The notes under the pieces are model-generated. The model was not told the DNA's origin. It saw only the letters and a program-made list of their open reading frames with translations, and did no database searches. Positions 56,690 to 64,000 of a DNA stretch of 64,000 nt are shown here, piece after piece. Made by a program: the position numbers and the translations under genes. This DNA comes from the human T2T-CHM13v2.0 reference genome, Homo sapiens. Where the stretch lies: assembly GCF_009914755.1 (NCBI RefSeq), contig NC_060930.1; one strand, 5' to 3'. Each line of letters opens with the position of its first letter. Positions within the stretch are counted from its first letter, which is position 1.

Positions 56690-58812
56690 AAAACTATAGT
56701 CACCTTGCTGTATAGTAGAACTTTCGAACTTATTCCTCCCACCTAACTGAAATTTTGTGTCCTTTGACTGGTATCTCTTATTTGTTAAAATCCTGGATAG
56801 TCTTACTAATGTTTGTCTGACTGATTTATCAGTTTATACGAGAGCTGAGTTAAAATTTCCCATACTATATTGGTGGGTTTATTAATATCTTTTGTAATTT
56901 TGTCAATTTTTAAGCTAAGAAGACAGGTTTATACTCATTTAAAAATTTTAAAATTTTCCTGTGAATTGTACTTTCTCATGTCATATAATGATGCTATTTA
57001 TTCCCAATAATAATTATTTTCCAAGGACAGTCCTGGTTTATGCTTGTGCCCCTGAGAAATTATTGAGTGGACTTTCTCACTCTCAAACATATCCTTTGGA
57101 TAATAGATCAAGTAACCCTTCAAATATTTTTTTTTTACTTAAAGTTTTTTACTTAAAGTTATTTCTTTCAGATATTAATATAGATATAGCAGCTGCACTT
57201 TGTTATATCCTTTTCCATTTTAAACTTTCATGTTACTCAACCCTTAGTTTCAGAAAATTCCCATATAGCTAAATTTTTAAAAATATTTTATTTTATCTAT
57301 TCTCAAATTGAGTCTTTAACTGGTGAGTCAGTCTATTTTCATTGGTTGTGATTACTGATATTTGGTTGTGTTTTTAGCATCTTCCTTTTTGCTCCCTGTC
57401 TTGCATTTGCTTTGTTTATTTTTAATTTTCTTTGGGATATATTAAATGTTTATAAGTTTTTTTTTCCAAAGGAAGTTAGAAATTCTATTTTTGCCCTTTT
57501 AGTAATTACCCTTTATTGTTTTAAAACATTGCTATGTAACTAGCAAAGCCAAAGTTAATCACTATGATAGCCTATTCCCTAAACAATGCAAGGACCTTAA
57601 AATATCTTAATTCCAAACCCTATCATACAAGCTATTTTTGTCCTGCCTTGTGATTACATATTTTTATTAAAACTTCCTGAATTCAATATTATAAATAATA
57701 TCATTTTATGACATCTCTTTGTTTAGGCATAAGCACATTTTAAGACTATATTTGAACACAAATACTTCTTGAATCTCACTGTGTTTCTCTGTGTTCACTT
57801 TCCTTCTTCCTGTAGTTTCCTTCTTCAGAAGTGCTTCAGTAATCATTTGTTAGTGGTAAAGGCTCTTAGATTTTGTTCATTTGAAAATGTCTACATTTCA
57901 TCATTATTCTTGTATGGTAATCTTAAATCAGCCATACAAGCATTGGTTAGCAGTCATTTCCTCGTAGCATTCGAAAGATAGTTTATTGTCCTCCTTTTTT
58001 GTTGCTGTTGAAAAGTCAGCTTTGGGTCTAATCAATAGTTTATTTTTTCTTGACCTTTTTAAAGATCTTATATTTATCTGTGTATTGCACTTATACTCTA
58101 AATCTAGTTTTCTATAGTGTTGTTAAATCAACATTATTGGGGTATAATTTACATACAGTAAAATGTATTCATTTAAAATGCACACGTCGATAAGTTTTAA
58201 AAAATTTATAAACCCATGAAACCACCACCACAATTAAGCTCGATAACATTTTCATAACCCCAAATGTTTCTTTGATGCCCCTTCTAAGGCATTCCCCACC
58301 CCAAACCTGGCTCCTCCTTTCAGTCGCTATAGATCAGAATTGTTTTTTCTAGAATTTCCTATAAATGAACTTTACGTACCCTCTGGTATCTGGCTTATTT
58401 TGCTCAGCATAACGTTTTTACGAATCATCCATGTGTTGCATGTCTCAGTGTACATTTTCTCACAAGATTTGTAGTTTTAGCTTTTACATTTATAAATTTA
58501 GTATCCATTTTAGAGTTACTTTTTGTGCATAGTACAAGGTAAAAGTGGAGGTTCTCTTCCCTCTCTCTGTCTCTCTTTTTTGAAAAATAACTTGTCAGTT
58601 GTCGGGCATCATTTGTTGAAAAAACAAAACAAAACAAAACTATCTTGTCCCACTGAATTGCCCTGGAATTAATTGACCATATATGTGTATGTATGTTTCT
58701 GAACTTTCTATTTTGTTTCAGTGATCTATACGTTTAGCCTTATGCCAATATCACACTTCCTTGTTTACTGCAGCCTTATAGTAAGCCTTGAAATCAGGTA
58801 GTGTAAGTTCTT
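56690..58812 (-). mobile_element. Old L1M fragments (antisense), including a MER94-like MITE at about 57005-57119
   Basis: ggtataatttacatacagtaaaatgtattc, gtaagccttgaaatcaggtagtgtaag; ggacagtcctggtttatgcttgt...tcactctcaaa. Confidence 0.65.
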
Positions 58813-59385
58813 CTCCTTTTTTCTCCTCTTCCTCCACTTCCCTTTCTTGGCACAATGAGCTATTTAAAGTATAAAGGGTTAAAACCTTAGTATTAAACTC
58901 TTGGCAAATGTATATTAAGATATATAGCCATATATACTAAACCCTTTACTATGCTCAGGTAAATTTTCTAGATATTTATCCTTAGACTAATCAATAAAAT
59001 TTCCAAGGAAATCAAAGTATTGTTAGCATTTCCTCCACTGATCTAGTTTAACATACTAGAAAGGTAAAGTGACATTAAAAATTAAAAATGAATAAAGACA
59101 AAAAAAATAAAGCTGCTATATCTACATTAAAATCTAAACAAAGGATGTAAGGGGAAGATGGCTGAATAGGAAGAGCTCCGGTCTGCAGCTCCCAGTGTGA
59201 TCAATGCAGAAGACAGGTGATTTCTGCATTTCCAACTGAGGTACCTGGTTCATCTCTCTGGGACTGGTTGGACAGTGGGTGTAGCCCACTGAGGGTGAGC
59301 CGAAGCAGGGCGGGGCATCACCTCACCCGGGAAGCACAAGGGGTTGCGGGATTTCCCTTTCCTAGCCAAGGGAAGCTGTGACAGA

Positions 59386-59580
59386 CTACCTGGGAAAATG
59401 GGGCACTCCCACCCAAATGCAATGCTTTTCCCAAGGTCTTAGCAACCGGCAGACAAGGTGATTCTCTCCTGTGCCTGGACCGGTGGGTCCCAGGCCCATG
59501 GAGCCTTGCACACTGCTAGCGCAGCAGTCTGAGATCAATCTGCAAGGCGGCAGCCTGGCTGGGAGAGGGGCATCTGCCAT
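59386..59580 (-). CDS. L1 ORF0 homologue (antisense ORF of the L1 5'UTR), 64 aa
   Basis: MADAPLPARLPPCRLISDCCAS... resembles ORF0 (MAGAPPPASLPPCSLISDCCAS). Strong Kozak gcaATGG. Expression unknown. Confidence 0.6.
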   Translation of the reverse strand: MADAPLPARLPPCRLISDCCASSVQGSMGLGPTGPGTGENHLVCRLLRPWEKHCIWVGVPHFPR

Positions 59581-60183
59581 TGCTGAGGCTTGAGTAGGTA
59601 AACAAAGCAGCCGGGAAGCTCAAACTGGGCGGAGCCCACCACAGCTCAACAAGGCCTGCTGCCTCTAGACTGCACCTCTGTGGGCAGGGCATAGCTGAAC
59701 AAAAGACAGCAGACAACTTCTGCAGACTTAAATGTCCCTGTCTGACAGCTCTGAAGAGAGCAGTCAGCATGTTCTCTCAGCATGATGTTTGAGCTCTGAG
59801 AATGGACAGACTGCCTCCTCAAGTGGGTCCCTGACCACCGTGTAGTCTAACTGGGAGACACCTCCCAGCAGGGGCCAACAGACACCTCATATGGGTGGAG
59901 GCCCCTCTGGGACAAAGCTTCCGGAGGAAGGATCGGGCAGCAATATTTGCTGTACTGCAAAATTTGCTGTTCTGCAGCCTTTGCTGGTGATACCCAGGAA
60001 AACAGCATCCAGAGTGGACCTCCAGCAAACCCCAACAGATCTGCAGCTGAGGGACCTGACTGTTAGAAGGAAAACTAACAAACAGAAAAGAATAGCATCA
60101 ACATCAACAAAAAGGCCATCTACACCAGCACCCCATCTGTAGGTCACCAACATCAAATACCAAAGGTTGATAAAACCACAGAG

Positions 60184-61206
60184 ATGGGGAGAAGCCAGAG
60201 CAGAAAAGCTGAAAATTCTAAAAATCAGAGTGCCTCTTCTCCCACAAAGGATTGCAGCTCCTCGCCAGCAACAGAACAAAGCTGGACAGAGATTGACTTT
60301 TACAAGTAGGCAGAAGTAGACTTCAGAAATTCAGTAATAACAAACTTCTCTGAGCTAAAGGAGGATGTTCAAACCCATTGAAAGGAAGATAAAAACCTTG
60401 AAAAAAGATTAGATGAATAGCTAACTAGAATAAACAGTGTAGAGAAGACCTTAAATGACCTGATGGAGCTGAAAACCATGGTATGAGAACTACATGATGC
60501 ATGCATAAGCTTCAATAGCTGATTCGATCAAGTGGAAGAAAGGGTATCAGTGATGGAAGATCAAATTAATGAAATTAAAGTGAGAAGACAAGGTTAGAGA
60601 AAAAAGAGTAAAAAGAAACAAAGCCTCCAAGAAATATGGGACTATGTGAAAAGACCAAATCTATATTTGTTTGGTGTATCTGAAAGTGATGGGGAGAATG
60701 GAACCAAGTTGGAAAACACACTGCAGGATATTATCCAGGAGAACTTCCACAACCTGGCAAGGCAGGCCAACATTAAAATTCAGGAAATACAGAGAACACC
60801 ACAAAGATACTCCTTGAGAAGAGCAACTCCAAGACGCATAATTGTCAGATTCACCAAGGTTGAAATGAAGGAAAAAGTGTTAAGGGCACCCAGAGACAAA
60901 GGTTGAGTTACCCACAAAGGGAAGCCTATCAAGCTAGCAGTGGATTTCTCAGCAGAAACCCCACAACCCAGAAGAGAGTGGGGGCCAATATTCAACATTC
61001 TTAAAGAAAAGAATTTTCAACCCAGAATTTCATATCCAGCCAAACTAAGCTTCATAAGTGAAGGAGAAATAAAATCCTTTACAGACAAGCAAATGCTGAG
61101 AGATTTTGTCACCACCAGGCCGGCCTTACAAGAGCTCCCGAAGGAAGCACTAAACATGGAAAGGAACAACCAGTACCAGCCACTGCAAAAACATGCCAAA
61201 TTGTAA
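60184..61206 (+). pseudogene. L1 ORF1 (disrupted)
   Basis: MGRSQSRKAENSKNQS...; early TAG at 60307; KRPNL..., NFQPRISYPAKLSF, LQKHAKL*. Confidence 0.95.
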
Positions 61207-61269
61207 AGACCATCGATGCTATGAAGAAACCACAATAATTAATTGGCAAAATAACCAGCGAACATCATA

Positions 61270-64000
61270 ATGACGGGATCAAATTCACACAAAACAATAT
61301 TAACCTTAAATGTAAATGGGCTAAATGCCCCAATTAAAAGACACAGACTGACAAATTGGATAGAGTCAAGACTCATCAGTTTGCTGTATTCAGGAGACCC
61401 ATCTCACGTGCAGAGACACATGTAAGCTCAAAATAAAGGGATGGAGGAAGATCTATCAAGCAAATGGAAAGCAAAAAAAGGCAAGGGTTGCAATCCTAGT
61501 CTCTGATAAAACAGACTTTAAACCAACAAAGATCAAAAGAGACAAAGAAGGCCATTACATAATGGTAAAGGGATCAATTCCGCAAGAAGAGCTAACTATC
61601 CTAAATATATATGCAGCCGATACAGGAGCACCCAGATTCATAAAGCAAGTCCTTAGAGACCTACAAAGAGACTTAGACTCCCACACAATAATAATGGGAG
61701 ACTTTAACACCCCACTGTCACTTAGATCAAAGAGACAGAATATTAACAAGGATATCCAGGACCTGAACTCAGCTCTGCAACAAGCAGGTCTAATAGAAAT
61801 CTACAGAACTCTTCACCCCAAATCAACAGAATATACATTCTTCTCAGCATCACATCGCACCTACTCTAAAATTTACCACATAATTGGAAGTAAAGCACTC
61901 CTCAGCAAATGTAAAAGAACAGAAATCACAACAAACTGTCTCTCAGACCACAGAGCAATCAAAGTAGAACTCAGGATTAAGAAACTCACTCAAAACCACA
62001 CAACTACATAGAATCTGAACAACTTGCTTCTGAATGACTACTGGGTAAATAAAGAAATGAAGGCAGAAATAAAGATGTTCTTTGAAAACAAAGAGAACAA
62101 AGACACAACACATCAGAATCTCTGGGACACAGTCAAAGCAGTGTGTAGAGGGAAATTTATAGCACTAAATGCCCACAGGAGAAAGTTGAAAAGATCTAAA
62201 ATCGACACACTAACATCACAATTAAAAGAACTAAAGAAGCAAGAGCAAACAGATTCACAAGCTAGCAGAAGGCAAGAAATTAAGATCAGAGCAGAACTGA
62301 AAGAGACAGAGACACAAAAAAACCTTCAAAATTCAATGAAGCCAGGAGCTGCTTTCTTTAAAAGATCAACAAAATTGATAGACCGCTAGCAAGACTAATA
62401 AACAAGAAAAGAGAGAAGAATCAAATAAATGCAGTAAAAAATGATAAATGGGATATCATCACTGATCCCACAGAAATACAAGCTACCATCAGAGAATACT
62501 ATAAACACCTCTACGCAAATAAACTAGAAAATCTACAAGAAATGGATAAATTCCTGGACACATACACCCTCCCAAGAATAACCAAGGAAGAAGTTGAATA
62601 TCTGAATAGACCAATAACAGGCTCTGAAATTGAGGCAACAATTAATAGCCTACCAACCAAAAAAAGTCCAGGACCAGACAGATTCACAGCCGAATTCTAC
62701 CAGAGGTATAAGGAGAAGCTGGTACCATTCCTTCTGAAACGATTCCAATTAACAGAAAAAGAAGGAACCCTCCCTAACTCATTTTATGAGGCCAGCATCA
62801 TCCTGATACCAAAGCCCAGCAGAGACACAACAAAAAAAGAGAATTTTAGACCAATATCCCTGATGAACATCAATGCAAAAATCCTCAATAAAATACTGGC
62901 AAACCAAATCCAGCAGCACTTCAAAAAGCTTATCCACCACAATCAAATTGGCTTCATCCCTGGGATGCAAGGCTGGTTCAACATACGCAAATCAATAAAC
63001 GTAATCCATCACATAAACAGAACCAATGACAGAAACCACATGATTATCTCAATAGATGCAGAAAAGGCCTTTGACAAAATTCAACAGCGCTTCATGCTGA
63101 AAACTCTCAATAAACTATGTATTGATGGAACATATCTCAAAATAATAAGAGCTATCTGTGACAAACCCACAGCCAATATCATACTGAATGGGCAAAAACT
63201 GGAAGCATTCCCTTTGAAAACCGGCACAAAACAAGGATGCCCTCTCTCACCACTTCAACATAGTGTTGGAAGTTCTGGCCAGGGCAATCAGGCAAGAGAA
63301 AGAAATAAAGGGTATTCAATTAGGAAATGAGGAAGTCAAATTGTCCCTGTTTGCAGATGACATGATTGTATATTTAGAAAACCCCATCGTCTCAGTCCAA
63401 AATCTCCTTAAGCTGATAAGCAACTTCAGCAAAGTCTCAGGATACAAAATCAATGTGCAAAAATCACAAGCAATCCTATACACCATTAACAGACAAACAG
63501 AGAGCCAAATCATGAGTGAACTCCCATTCACAACTGCCACTAAGAGAATAAAATACCTAGGAATCCAACTTACGAGGGACGTGAAGGACCTCTTCAAGGA
63601 GAACTACAAACCTCTGCTCCATGAAATAAAAGAGGACATAAACAAATGGAAGGATATTCCATGCTCATGGATAGGAAGAATCTATATCATGAAAATGGCC
63701 ATACTGCCCAAAGTAATTTATAGATTCAATGCCATCCCCATCAAGCTACCAATGACTTTCTTCACAGAGTTGGAAAAAACTATTTTAAAGTTCATATGGA
63801 ACCAAAAAAGAGCCCTCATAGCCAAGACAATCCTAAGCAAAAAGAACAAAACTGGAGACATCATGCTACCTGACTTCAAACTATACTACAAGGCTACAGT
63901 AACCAAAACAGCATGGTACTCATACCAAAACAGATATATAGAACAATGGAACAGAACAGAGGCCTCAGAAATAACACCACACATCTACAACCATCTAATC
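61270..64000 (+). pseudogene. L1 ORF2 (endonuclease + RT), disrupted, partial
   Basis: [54 protein letters not shown] at 63350-63361; several frameshifts. Confidence 0.96.

Larger units (their letters stand above)
59150..64000 (+). mobile_element. 5'-intact L1PA (approx. L1PA6/7), disabled, running off the right edge
   Basis: 5'UTR aagatggctgaataggaagagctccggtctgcagc (about 1.03 kb); ORF1 and ORF2 follow in order, both disrupted. Confidence 0.97.

Noticed and set aside
59150-64000. Retrotransposition-competent L1
   Set aside because: ORF1 has stops and a frameshift, ORF2 is fragmented, and the subfamily is old.

Overview
Primate, almost certainly human, genomic DNA. It covers the 5' end of LCA5 (lebercilin, minus strand) and about 45 kb of repeat-rich upstream sequence. 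LCA5 elements seen: first coding exon 594-214 (ATG at 403, Ser at codon 24), a 106-nt cassette 5'UTR exon at 6777-6672, and a CpG-island/CCAAT promoter at about 18.6-19.3 kb. Intron 1 holds a truncated HERV-I/HERVIP10-type provirus with signs of APOBEC3-type G-to-A hypermutation, a foreign LTR-like patch at its gag/integrase deletion, and an LTR fused to an L1 3' end. Upstream, an ancient intronless SLC19A3 (thiamine transporter 2) retrocopy, seen only as fragments in the ORF track, is split by nested MER5 > MER4-group LTR > Alu insertions. The window ends in a 5'-intact but disabled L1PA with an open antisense ORF0 pointing toward LCA5. No wholly new system is demonstrable. The best leads are a uORF-dense LCA5 5'UTR tuned by a transposon-born exon, a divergent first exon with a phase-0 mini-ORF, and the edited chimeric ERV. 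Repeat subfamily names are from recognition by eye, and most repeat boundaries are approximate.
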